DNA from: an uncultured Alphaproteobacteria bacterium
Lineage (GTDB): Bacteria > Pseudomonadota > Alphaproteobacteria > RF32 > CAG-239
Reading direction: 5' to 3'
DNA: 64,000 bases
Assembly (NCBI GenBank): GCA_949282205.1
Contig: CASDOS010000034.1
Span: 5,972-69,971 of the forward strand
A model generated the notes under the pieces. That model searched no databases and was not told the DNA's origin. It saw nothing but the letters and a program-made list of their open reading frames with translations. Numbering within the stretch: position 1 is the first letter of the stretch; every line of letters starts with the position of its first letter. Position numbers and translations under genes: made by a program. Below, piece after piece: positions 46,201 through 55,500 of this stretch.

Positions 46201-48628
46201 AATTACTGCTAAAAACACGGAAATTGACAGTATATCCTCAATGATGCAAGTTCTTCAAGACAGGATAGATTCGTTAAATGAGCAAATAGAACAAAAGGCT
46301 CTCGCATTTGCGGATAATTATGTAAAAACATCAGAAGAAGGACAAAGAGCCCTTGAAGCTGCCAACCGAATATTTGAGAATAAATTGGAAATTAAAGAAG
46401 ATGGAGTTTCTGAACCGGACAGAATGGTCAGCAATAGCAGGGAATGGTGCAAAGGATATGGTCCTTTGGGAGTTATATGTCGAGATGGATACAGCCATGA
46501 ATATAAATATGACAATCTGAGTTGGACAATAGCCCGAGTAATGTATGGCAATGGCTCGGAGAATAGCGAAAGTGCCGTTGCCGGAGAATTACCGGAATTA
46601 GTCAAAAAAGGTATTGAAGACAGATGGTTTGCTGATGGTTCATGGTTAAGCTACGCGGCAAATAAACTGAGTAACGAAGGAAAAGTAGTCAGAAAATTTG
46701 TTGTAGAAGGAGGCTGCTTGGCACCATATGGTGTAGCAGATGGGCTATATACACCAACAACGCTGGCAAAAGCCATAAAAGAGAAATCCGTAGAAGAAGC
46801 GGTTGCTGATTTATCCATCGGAAGTGAAGCCTACATCAACAAAGCAGACAAGATCATTAAAGATGAAATAGACGCTGCGGTAGAAGAGATTACGGATGTG
46901 ATGGAATTATGGGGCGTAACCGGAGAAGAAGGCACAGAAGCCAATCCAGCCATTTTTGAGCATAGCAATTATGCTGACGATGGAGCGACAGAAGGGACGC
47001 AATCAGTAACGAAAACACACTATGAGTTGTTGGAGGACTTAAAGAAAGCCGAAAATCAAAGCATACTGGATGCAGCCAGCATTGAGTTAAAAGAAATCTT
47101 TGGTATGCCGGATTCTATTACGACGGACGTTGATTACTTTGCAGCTTTACCAGCAAGAGGATACTTTGCAGGCAAAGATACCTATGTACAATTTGGTCGT
47201 GATAATGAAAAATTTGTCTTTGACGAGAACGATGGTCGAGACTATCGAGCTCCGAGAAAACCATTAATGAACCTTGCGCCGATAAGAGAAGTATTTTACT
47301 TTAGCGCTCTTGATTATGATGACGTACCGCAAAAAGACGGAAAACCATCATTATCGGCATTAGTTGATGTAAAATACAAAAATGTAGACATAGCGAGTGC
47401 GAAAGAAGTAGAATATCTGCCGGAAGCATGGAGATATTTATTGGCGACACCAAATTTAAGAAAGGGACCGGAAAAATATCAACATACATTTGTTGAGCGT
47501 GACTATGGTTTGGATAAGTTGAAGAAATATCTAAACAATGAAAACATAGATGGAGCCAAAGAATGGCATTACCGCGCTATTATCGGAAGAGGCGGAGTAT
47601 ATCCGTGTAACTTAGGCGGCCGCGTCATAGATGTCGGAGGAGGCGATGGTGTTGGAGATATCCAATTTAAGCAAAGAAGCAATTTACCTTTCGATATATT
47701 GAAAGCGGAGGAGTGTCAGGAAGTTGAATCTTACAAAGGAGGCGTTCGGCAGTTATTGGCCGACCATGATACCAAAGATGACAGCAAGTCAAAAGCGCTT
47801 CAAGGAAGCCTGGGAGGTACAACAGAGCCGATGTACTTGAAGTATAGTGAATTAGGTCAATTCTTGAACGGAGACTTACAGTATCGTCCGATATTAAAGA
47901 ACATTTACGATTATTTACTAAGTGAAGATAATCAAGAAAATAACATAGAACGTCAACGTGCGGAAACAGCAGTGTTCAAACGTAATGTTATAGGTTCGTT
48001 TTTAGAGTCGGTAAATGCCGAGCATACGGCACTGAAGTCGCTGGAAAAGAATGAACAAGAAGCAAAAGATTCTCTGAAAAACTTGTGTATGCAACTTCAT
48101 AATTTCGATACAAGTGTCAATGGCGAGAGTTGTGAAGACAAAGAAGACAGCGAATGCATGGAAAGTATTGCGGAAGATTGTGCTGAATTCATAATGAAGA
48201 ACGGAGGTCTTGCAAAAGATTCGTTTGATGATAAATATGATGTGGACTGTGCACAATCGGGCTCAGGATCATATTATGAAACAATATTCTGCAAACTGAA
48301 TGATTTGAAGGATGAAGCAGTAAAGAAAGCAGAAGAAGGATACAGTGATGGAGAAAATGAATATGAGGGCTACAACGAAGTAAAAGGTATGGAAGGAAGC
48401 GAAAAGATAGAAGAACGTAAGAAGTTGATTGAGAACTATCTTGAAATCTTTAAGAAAACGGATGCCGATGAATTATCGTATGTACAGCCTGATGCGACAC
48501 CGGAAGAAGTAGCGGATGCCGTAGAAGAGGCCAAAGCAAACCGGGAAGCATCTCTTGATGCAACAGAAGAAGGTCTGACATCAATGGATAACCAAAGCCA
48601 AGCCGTACCATACGCGCCTGTATATTAA
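43193..48628 (+). CDS. giant (1811 aa) secreted protein with VirB5-like N-terminus, Cys-rich modules and coiled coils (array member 5)
   Basis: RBS GGGAGA. Signal peptide ...QEAKA, then FFLLPPMPWDIEVDV. Cys-rich clusters lie around nt 44550-45480, with a long coiled coil around 45650-46300. There is no TM apart from the signal peptide. Confidence 0.7.
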   Translation: MVKVLRMLQNLILGVLILGSGIQEAKAFFLLPPMPWDIEVDVPANANKIVSNAKTLYRQAQTIKSELNSQKLEILKKGQAFLNTKFKKQEEGGKNKAPGRGELRNSSLLKITEHGLNEEENFNAFHTLFLVYPPKSSYPDNYPAAKVAYMRKADEYKQDVIMETYLTGRVTENYLALVEKTIERLDHCQKGLYTEAEMAEHCVFFGLQMAYVEPKKENLDNEGSPEESTNPGQYGEVLNAYIVTTVYDRLMRIVEDLTGTEAQFISAIQIDSVDPLEPEEQSSAEEYIEKGYKFAYNESKTYALATGQMLGGNYIRSQECANGGKNCPDENEDVAEIKNTDDTAILGKLLPIDEQLRNAMNLHNLKSKLDEYKTQYRKYLKSKEIHERMMKVLKKSEESVVSFLDRYSGGKGETIWYNGNKPAKVNEHENRGGLSKEVILEYQEDTTDKLIGTDTGECDGFYESCPDGYELDSGNPCVYTDNNGNSVTSATMFACVLKTVTSDTDPEGDPKVSFEPKLEENYSIAGANNQRDYNDTDYFEEGNQAEIVEVDNRVKAEKNWRIGYDKIMKLTEDGTLKFEPWNDQKNLQTEYLRNKYRNMRMIVKTADQGLLSQRVAKVLANESKNIGPIEEVLPAVSVCKLTTDATEDAFNQDCSDYSGSCSQGGDTASCSGTKVQQCYTYDSEGNISYYYVTLWCKVDGDNNTGKINGYKEVGCSKSTVGISYSQTIKSLSGGCDFTKAGSDYHAVEDTSETCPSKWDLTTKFLVRRYIPGVTASWINGGSYESQCQMDLGTETLDKENTHLYTNTNTAGRVVASDHFQELIEMRKELEKKLKAMVDEYEKSMQSLKATLRATIASRSEYGQKLSDKTDEKNELVQQRQRSLKRATAIIAQIEELNTRVEELQARLDERKPTPKSLQKEIESLTIGAGEDMDKFENPTLAQRIGQIPALKEELAFICYKAPTNDDDYKVCKEYSGTANKEEPYDENTREEDKFENVADLHTKITAKNTEIDSISSMMQVLQDRIDSLNEQIEQKALAFADNYVKTSEEGQRALEAANRIFENKLEIKEDGVSEPDRMVSNSREWCKGYGPLGVICRDGYSHEYKYDNLSWTIARVMYGNGSENSESAVAGELPELVKKGIEDRWFADGSWLSYAANKLSNEGKVVRKFVVEGGCLAPYGVADGLYTPTTLAKAIKEKSVEEAVADLSIGSEAYINKADKIIKDEIDAAVEEITDVMELWGVTGEEGTEANPAIFEHSNYADDGATEGTQSVTKTHYELLEDLKKAENQSILDAASIELKEIFGMPDSITTDVDYFAALPARGYFAGKDTYVQFGRDNEKFVFDENDGRDYRAPRKPLMNLAPIREVFYFSALDYDDVPQKDGKPSLSALVDVKYKNVDIASAKEVEYLPEAWRYLLATPNLRKGPEKYQHTFVERDYGLDKLKKYLNNENIDGAKEWHYRAIIGRGGVYPCNLGGRVIDVGGGDGVGDIQFKQRSNLPFDILKAEECQEVESYKGGVRQLLADHDTKDDSKSKALQGSLGGTTEPMYLKYSELGQFLNGDLQYRPILKNIYDYLLSEDNQENNIERQRAETAVFKRNVIGSFLESVNAEHTALKSLEKNEQEAKDSLKNLCMQLHNFDTSVNGESCEDKEDSECMESIAEDCAEFIMKNGGLAKDSFDDKYDVDCAQSGSGSYYETIFCKLNDLKDEAVKKAEEGYSDGENEYEGYNEVKGMEGSEKIEERKKLIENYLEIFKKTDADELSYVQPDATPEEVADAVEEAKANREASLDATEEGLTSMDNQSQAVPYAPVY

Positions 48629-48646
48629 GAGGAACAATAGCAAAGA

Positions 48647-49405
48647 ATGGTCAATTTAATAAATCAAAAAATATTGCGTTTAACCGATAAAGCTCGGACG
48701 AAAGACGCGCCAGCTTTTATAACAGAAGATGTCATAGAAGTAAAAAGAGCAAAATTGATTTATTACAAATGGATAAGCAGGCTAATGGCCATATTAGCGA
48801 CAATATCTTTGCTATATGGGGTATGCACGACGCTTTCAATTTTAAAGTTAGCTCCTGAAATCGTAATAGATCCACAGTTATTTGTAGAATTATCAGATTC
48901 TCAATCAATGGTAAAACGCGAAAGAGTCGATCGCTGGATGGAATCTCGAGAAAAGATAATGATTAATTTTATGAAACAATATGTAGAGCTTCGCAACACA
49001 TACATAAAAGATGAAAAAGAAATGAACAATCGCTGGTTATGGGGTGGTTTAGTTTCATATTTATCAACATATCCTGTTTATAAGGAGTTTGAGAAAGTTT
49101 TTCCGAAATTAAAAGAAGAGATGGTAGAGAAAGAAAGTAGCCGCTCGGTAGAAATACTTTCGGTAGAGAGAACCGGAGGGGAGAACAGTAATACATGGAA
49201 GATAGAATTTAAGACATATGATTTTACCTTCAAGCAAAATAGGCTAAGCCGTCGAGCCAGTATTACCCCAACAATAGAAGAAAAATATTGGACAGCGAAC
49301 ATTCGCGGCTATGTAGATCCCAACAGGAGAACGGCATATCGTCGTCTATTAAATCCATTAGGATTTGTAATATACAGTTATTTTCAAAGTGAAATAGAGA
49401 TTTAA
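48647..49405 (+). CDS. virB8: type IV secretion protein VirB8, paralog 1
   Basis: 252 aa with a cytoplasmic N-terminus, a single TM (LMAILATISLLYGVCTTLSIL), then an NTF2-like region beginning NFMKQYVELRNTY. Confidence 0.8.
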   Translation: MVNLINQKILRLTDKARTKDAPAFITEDVIEVKRAKLIYYKWISRLMAILATISLLYGVCTTLSILKLAPEIVIDPQLFVELSDSQSMVKRERVDRWMESREKIMINFMKQYVELRNTYIKDEKEMNNRWLWGGLVSYLSTYPVYKEFEKVFPKLKEEMVEKESSRSVEILSVERTGGENSNTWKIEFKTYDFTFKQNRLSRRASITPTIEEKYWTANIRGYVDPNRRTAYRRLLNPLGFVIYSYFQSEIEI

Positions 49406-49547
49406 AAAAATTTTAAGTATTAAGATGCTACAATTTGCATAAACGATTTAGCCTGTTGATAAGTCGAGGCAATTTATTTTCTCGTTAGACTTTTAAAAAT
49501 AAAAGTTTTAGAAATAAATAAACAGGAAATTATTTAGAGGAGTAATC

Positions 49548-49736
49548 ATGTATAAAGCATTAGTTATAGGTTTTGGCATATTAATATTAGCTGCTTGTAA
49601 TTTAGTGGGAAGTTATTATGAGCCGGAACCCGTAGGTATAGGTAAAGATGTCTACGAATTAAAATTATCACCGTGTGCATGCATAGAAGTTGAATTACCC
49701 AAGACATTACCTGATTGGTTTAAGGCAATGAGTTAA
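49548..49736 (+). CDS. VirB7-like small lipoprotein
   Basis: 62 aa with RBS GAGGAG and lipobox ILAAC. It sits between two virB8 genes, upstream of virB9. Confidence 0.6.
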   Translation: MYKALVIGFGILILAACNLVGSYYEPEPVGIGKDVYELKLSPCACIEVELPKTLPDWFKAMS

Positions 49737-49756
49737 ATAAGTTAGGGTGAGATGCG

Positions 49757-50515
49757 ATGGTTGAGCAGATATCCTCAGAAAACACTAAAAAACTTTTATT
49801 GGAAGGGCAAGGAGCAGAAAAGCCCCATCCCAGGGTAGTACGCCCACAAAAAAGAGGTAATGCGGATATTATAGTAGAAAATGCAACAGAAAAAAGGTAT
49901 TTGTGGACAGCTCGAGCGTTTGCTATAATTTTTGCAGTAAGTTTATGTTGCAATTTAATTTTAACGTATGTGGTAATTGCAATTATGCCATTGTATCGGA
50001 TAGAACCGTATTTATTTAGTTTTGCAGAAAAAAAAGACCAAATATATACAATACATCCTGTGAAAAATATTTATGAGTACAAATATTTAACAGAGATTTT
50101 TGTGCGGGAATATGTATTGTTGCGAAACACATTTGTAAACAATATTGAAGAGATGGAGCAGCGTTGGGGGGCAGGTGGAACGTTACAAGAAATGTCCTCC
50201 CCGGGAGTATATAATCAGTTTCGAGAAAATTTTGCAGATAAAGCAATTGATTTAATAAGAAACCACAATATAACCAGAAACATAAAGATATCCTCAGTAA
50301 CGGAAGTAGGCGGGAAGAATGGAGAGATGTGGTGGCAAGTAGAATTCAGGGTAGAAGATATGATGCCGGAATATGAAACACCACGATTAAGTGTGTGGTT
50401 GGCGTCAATAAAAATACAATATAGAGCCAAAAGGGTAACTTTTGGAGAGAGATTAAAAAATCCTTTAGGGTTTACGGTACTCGATTATAAACAGGTTGAG
50501 CGAAAAACAAATTAA
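49757..50515 (+). CDS. virB8: type IV secretion protein VirB8, paralog 2
   Basis: 252 aa with the same architecture as paralog 1 (TM AFAIIFAVSLCCNLILTYVVIAI; FVREYVLLRNTF). Confidence 0.8.
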   Translation: MVEQISSENTKKLLLEGQGAEKPHPRVVRPQKRGNADIIVENATEKRYLWTARAFAIIFAVSLCCNLILTYVVIAIMPLYRIEPYLFSFAEKKDQIYTIHPVKNIYEYKYLTEIFVREYVLLRNTFVNNIEEMEQRWGAGGTLQEMSSPGVYNQFRENFADKAIDLIRNHNITRNIKISSVTEVGGKNGEMWWQVEFRVEDMMPEYETPRLSVWLASIKIQYRAKRVTFGERLKNPLGFTVLDYKQVERKTN

Positions 50516-50532
50516 ATAGGTGTAGGAATTTG

Positions 50533-52518
50533 ATGATGAAAGTAGCAAAGATTTTATCTATAGTAATAATATCAATAGGAATAATAGTTCCCACCGTATA
50601 CGCGCAGGTAACAAAAGATAATTTGGATCAAAATGCTGACCAGAGCCAAGGGAATTACGCGGCAACCAATTTAAATTATTTAGGCGGAGGCGGATCATTA
50701 GGTATGATGCAGAGTGCATGGAAAGATCCGTTGCAACACATGGGAGAAGGACAAACGCGTCCAGGCTATACAAAGTACTATTGGACACCTGAATTAGTTT
50801 TACCTGTAAGAGTAAGAGAAGGTATGTACACATTAATAAATTTTCCGAATTGGGAAGTTATAGAGAATGTGTATATCGGCGATGGACAATCATTCAATGC
50901 GGAAATACAAGGTCCGTCAAGTTTAATGGTATATCCGGATTCTTCACAATTTGTTGGAGTAGATACCAATATGATTGTTTTTGGTCGGTCTGGGAATAAA
51001 TACGTTTTTTATGTACAAAGTGAAACTGTCAATACCGATAGGATAACCAATGCGATAATAGATATAGAGGTTGTTAAAAGACGTCAAAATGCAACAGGTT
51101 CTGCCGTAATAGGAAGTAACAATGGTGGAGGACATATAAATGCGAACGCGTATGGGCAAAATGGTAGCAGCGCGGATGCAACTTTTACAAGGGATTTGCA
51201 AAAAGAGGACTGGATTGAAAAAATTCCGGTAGATCCAACAAAGTTTCGATTTGATATAGAAGTATATGTTCCTAATCCAGATGATATAGTAATAGCACCG
51301 GAGCGTGTATGGCGCGACAATATTTTCACTTATATAGATTTAGGGGACAAGGCCTTAACAGCAAATCAAAGACCGATAGTAACACTAATTGTAGAGAGGT
51401 CGGAAACCCCGGTAGGTTTTAGAACGGCGGGACCGAATAATCGCCTGATAATAGTGGAAGGTATGGGCGATATGGTTCTTCGCAGTGGTAAGAGAATAGT
51501 CTGCTTAAAATTAAGACGTTCAGATTCGGATGGCTTAGAAAATACAGTTTATGCTAAAACGAATGAATGGGATTTGCAGGCTAAGAATTATCAAAGAGCA
51601 ACAGAAGGAAAAGAAAGTAATACAGAATCATATGAGAATGTATACACAGGTGATGTTCAAAAAGAAAATAATCAAAAGAAATCATTCTTTGGAATCAGCT
51701 CGTTCTTTGGTGGCTCACAAAATACGGATAGTTCAACAACAGATACCAATGGCCTAAGCTACGAAGATATGATAAGCGGTAAAAAGAAAGCGTCCGGTCA
51801 ACAATCCGAGAAAGCCTCAAATGTGGAAAACACAACACCGCAAGATAAGATTAAGCCGCAAACAAATATAGAAAGCAAAACCGAAGAAACAGCTTTGTTA
51901 AATTCAATACCTAAGGCAAAAACATATGTTGCATCTCCAACTCCGCAAGAAAGTGGAATAGAATTAACAGGGCAGTATGATACAAAAGCAGATGGAGCCG
52001 AATTAGTGACGCCACAATATGAGAATAAGGCGGATATATCAGTAAGTTACCAGAAAGATGTTCAGCAAAATACAACAATTCCGGAAAGTGTTAAGCAAAA
52101 TGCTTCAACTCAAGTCGGCGTCTCAAGCAACAATTCAAGTCCTGTCCTGATTACGCCTAAAGATGAAAGTCTAGAAAAACAAAATTCATTAGTTAATGCT
52201 GAAACAGAGGCATTACTCAAAGAGTTTAGAGATGGAAGAGCCTTTTCCAATGCTGATGAGAGCAACATTTCCATAGAATTGGGAACGGATAAAGATGTAA
52301 ACAATTTGGAAAAATTATGGAATGACATATCCAAAAATTACTCAGCGACGTTAGGTAAATATCAGCCATTTTATTCAGTAGACACACCAGCAGACGGACA
52401 GGGAAAAGAAGTGTTTCATCTTCGTGTAGGTCCTGTAAAATCATTAGATGAAGGCGATAATATATGCAGCCAATTAGGTCGTAACGGAATATTTTGCAGT
52501 GTGGTCAGAATACAATGA
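50533..52518 (+). CDS. virB9: VirB9/TrbG-family outer-membrane core protein fused to a C-terminal SPOR domain
   Basis: Signal peptide ...VYAQV. The VirB9-like core runs from about 50700 to 51540 (YTKYYWTPELVLPVRVREGMYTLINFP...MIVFGRSGNKYVFYV...RIVCLKLRR). A ~240-aa Q/S/T/N/E-rich linker follows, and the last ~85 aa are SPOR-like (FHLRVGPVKSLDEGDNICSQLGRNGIFCSVVR). Confidence 0.8.
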   Translation: MMKVAKILSIVIISIGIIVPTVYAQVTKDNLDQNADQSQGNYAATNLNYLGGGGSLGMMQSAWKDPLQHMGEGQTRPGYTKYYWTPELVLPVRVREGMYTLINFPNWEVIENVYIGDGQSFNAEIQGPSSLMVYPDSSQFVGVDTNMIVFGRSGNKYVFYVQSETVNTDRITNAIIDIEVVKRRQNATGSAVIGSNNGGGHINANAYGQNGSSADATFTRDLQKEDWIEKIPVDPTKFRFDIEVYVPNPDDIVIAPERVWRDNIFTYIDLGDKALTANQRPIVTLIVERSETPVGFRTAGPNNRLIIVEGMGDMVLRSGKRIVCLKLRRSDSDGLENTVYAKTNEWDLQAKNYQRATEGKESNTESYENVYTGDVQKENNQKKSFFGISSFFGGSQNTDSSTTDTNGLSYEDMISGKKKASGQQSEKASNVENTTPQDKIKPQTNIESKTEETALLNSIPKAKTYVASPTPQESGIELTGQYDTKADGAELVTPQYENKADISVSYQKDVQQNTTIPESVKQNASTQVGVSSNNSSPVLITPKDESLEKQNSLVNAETEALLKEFRDGRAFSNADESNISIELGTDKDVNNLEKLWNDISKNYSATLGKYQPFYSVDTPADGQGKEVFHLRVGPVKSLDEGDNICSQLGRNGIFCSVVRIQ

Positions 52519-55500
52519 ACGAGAATACGCGATTTGAAGAATATGAAAGAAAGACACGAAAGATAATTTTCACCATAGGAATTATCGCATTCTGTTTTTT
52601 CTTGTTTGGATTATTGATATTATCATCAGATACAGAAGTCTATAATCCGGAAGAAGCAACTCCGGACTTTGTCGAGAACCAAAATATATTGCCAGAAATA
52701 ACAGCGGATACCGGACCGATATTTATTGATACGGAAGCAACAACAGGGGATACAAAAAATAAGCCGATAAAAGTCACGCCAGCACAAATTAACATGAACA
52801 AATTTATTCTAGGAGTTGATGTTCAAAATCAAAGCGTTTTAACAATAGGAACGGATGGCAGTGAGAGCATACATATAGAAAGAGTAGAGTTAGTAGAAGA
52901 AACCGAAGATGGATTTGAATTTAGAGATAAATGCAGAAACCGAGATTTACGAGGAGATGAAACATGCAATATTTTAATAAGTTGGGCACCCCATTTACCG
53001 GGTAATGTTCAAAACAATTTTAAGATAATATGGTATGAAACACGTTTAGATAAATCGAGTGCCAAATCAGAAGAAGTAAGTATTAAGGGCAGTGCGGTGT
53101 ATCCTGAAGATAATCAACAGAATTGTGCTGCGGGAGGAGGGTGCACAATAAGTGAAGATGGAGGCATAGGTGCGCACCGCTTAGCAATAGGTCCAAACGG
53201 GGAGATAATAGGTTATATAGATGAAGCCGGAAATGTCCATGACAAAGATGGTAATATAATCGGTCGTGTAAATGAAGATGGGTTAATAATCGATTCAGAC
53301 GGAAACATAATAGGTGTTGCTCAGAATATGAAATTAGCCTATGACAAAGATGGGAATATTATAGGTTATGTCAAGACAGATGGAACAGTAGTCGATTTAC
53401 AAGGGGAGGTAATAGGGAAAGCTCTTCCGGATGGAACAATAGTCAACAGTAAAGGCGAGATAATAGGGAAAGCGGTTGAAGCAGGTTTTGTATATGATAA
53501 AAACGGAAAAATAATAGGCCGCGTTTTACCAGATGGAACAGTTGTCGATATAAATGATCCCAAAAAGATTATAGGGCGTTTGAATGAAAATGGAGAAGTC
53601 GTTGATGAAAATGGCAATATTATAGGGAAAGTAACATCTGCCGGCAATATTGTTGTAGATGAGAATGGAAATGTTCTAGGCGTTGTAATGCCGGATAACA
53701 GTGTTGTAGACCAAGATGGAAATATTGTAGGTTATGTGGATGAAAATGGCAATGTTTACAAATTAGCAAAAGAAAAGATAGGAACAAATGGAGATAGTAG
53801 AAAAATTGTTTATGATAAGAATGGTAAAGCAATAGGCTACATAGATGAAAATGGCAAAGTAGTTAAGTTTGCACAAGACAAAGATAAACCGGAAATAATA
53901 GGAAAGGTAGGCGTAAGTCGCAGATTAGCATACGATAAAGACGGTAATGTTATCGGTTATGTAGATAAAGATGGAACTGTAAAAGATTTTAAGGGAAATA
54001 TAATCGGGAAGATAGATAAGGACGGTAATATAGTAGATAAGAATGGTAATATTATAGGTAAAGCAGGAGCTTATGCGAAATTAGCGCTAGATAAAGACGG
54101 TAAAGTAATAGGGTATGTGGACGAACAAGGAAGAGTGTTTGACCATAATGGCAAACATATCGGAAATGTAGATAAAAATGGTAATATCATCGGAATAAAA
54201 AAAGCCGAAACCAATGGAGATAAAAAAAGAATAGCTTTAGGTTTGGATGGTAAGCCGATAGGGTATATTGACGATGATGGTAATGTAATAGACTTTGAGG
54301 GTAATATTATCGGCAAGGTAAATGAAAAAGGAGAAATAATCGGCAAGAATGGGAAAAAAATTGGTACTGCCGGCGGATATGGTACGGTAGCCTATGATAA
54401 GAATGGAAAGATTATAGGTTTTGTGGACGATAAAGGGCGAGTAATCGGGAAGGATGGAAAACTCCTGGGATATGTAGATGAAAAAGGACAAATTATAGGT
54501 ACGACGGGAAAAATAATAGGGCGAGCCGGAACAACAAGAGAAGTAGCCTATGATAAAAATGGGAAATTCATAGGTTACGTCGACACGGATGGAACCGTAA
54601 AAGGATGCGGCGGAGTAGTTATCGGTAAGAAAGACGCCTCAGGAAATGTAATTGATAAAGAAGGAAAAGTGATAGGAAAGGTTAAAGGTGTAAAAGAGTT
54701 AGCCTTTAATTCACAAGGAGTATTTATCGGATATATTGATGAAAAAAAGCGGGTAATAGACTGCGATGGAAAGATAATAGGTGTTGTTGATAAAAAAGGA
54801 AACATCATCGCATCAAGTGGAGAAAAACTGGGAACAGCCGGTAATTATAAAAGATTAGCATATGACAAAAACGGGAAAGTAATCGGATATGTAACACCCG
54901 ATGGGACGGTAAAAGATTTCAAAGGTAACTTAATAGGTCGAATGACTGAAGACGGAACAATTCTTGATAAAAAAGGAAGAGTTATCGGAAAAGCCGGAGA
55001 ATATAGGCAAGTGGCCACAGACAAAGACGGCAATATAATAGGCTATGTAGATGAAAATGGCCGCGTGGTAGATGAAAACGGAAAACTAATAGGTTTCATA
55101 GATAAAGACGGTAATGTGATTAAAGCCGGTACAACCGTAATCGGTAAAACATGTATTAGAAAAAAGGTTGTAAAAAACAAGACCGGAAACATCATCGGTT
55201 ATTTAGATAAAAACAATATTGTAAAAAATTTCAGTAATAAGGTTATTGGGACGAATAAAAATGGAGATATCGTTGATAACAAAGAATTATTGATAGGAAC
55301 GGTCGGGGAAATAATGAATATAGCACAAAAAGGCAATGGTGAAATTGTTGGCTATTTAGATGCTAGAAACTACGTTCGAGGAGATGAAAATAAAGTTATA
55401 GGTATTGTTGATATAAAGGGAAATGTCCTTGGAGCAAAAGAAAATATAGTAGGGATCCTTGATGCAGATAAAAAAACGGTTAAGGATAAAGGGAATAATG

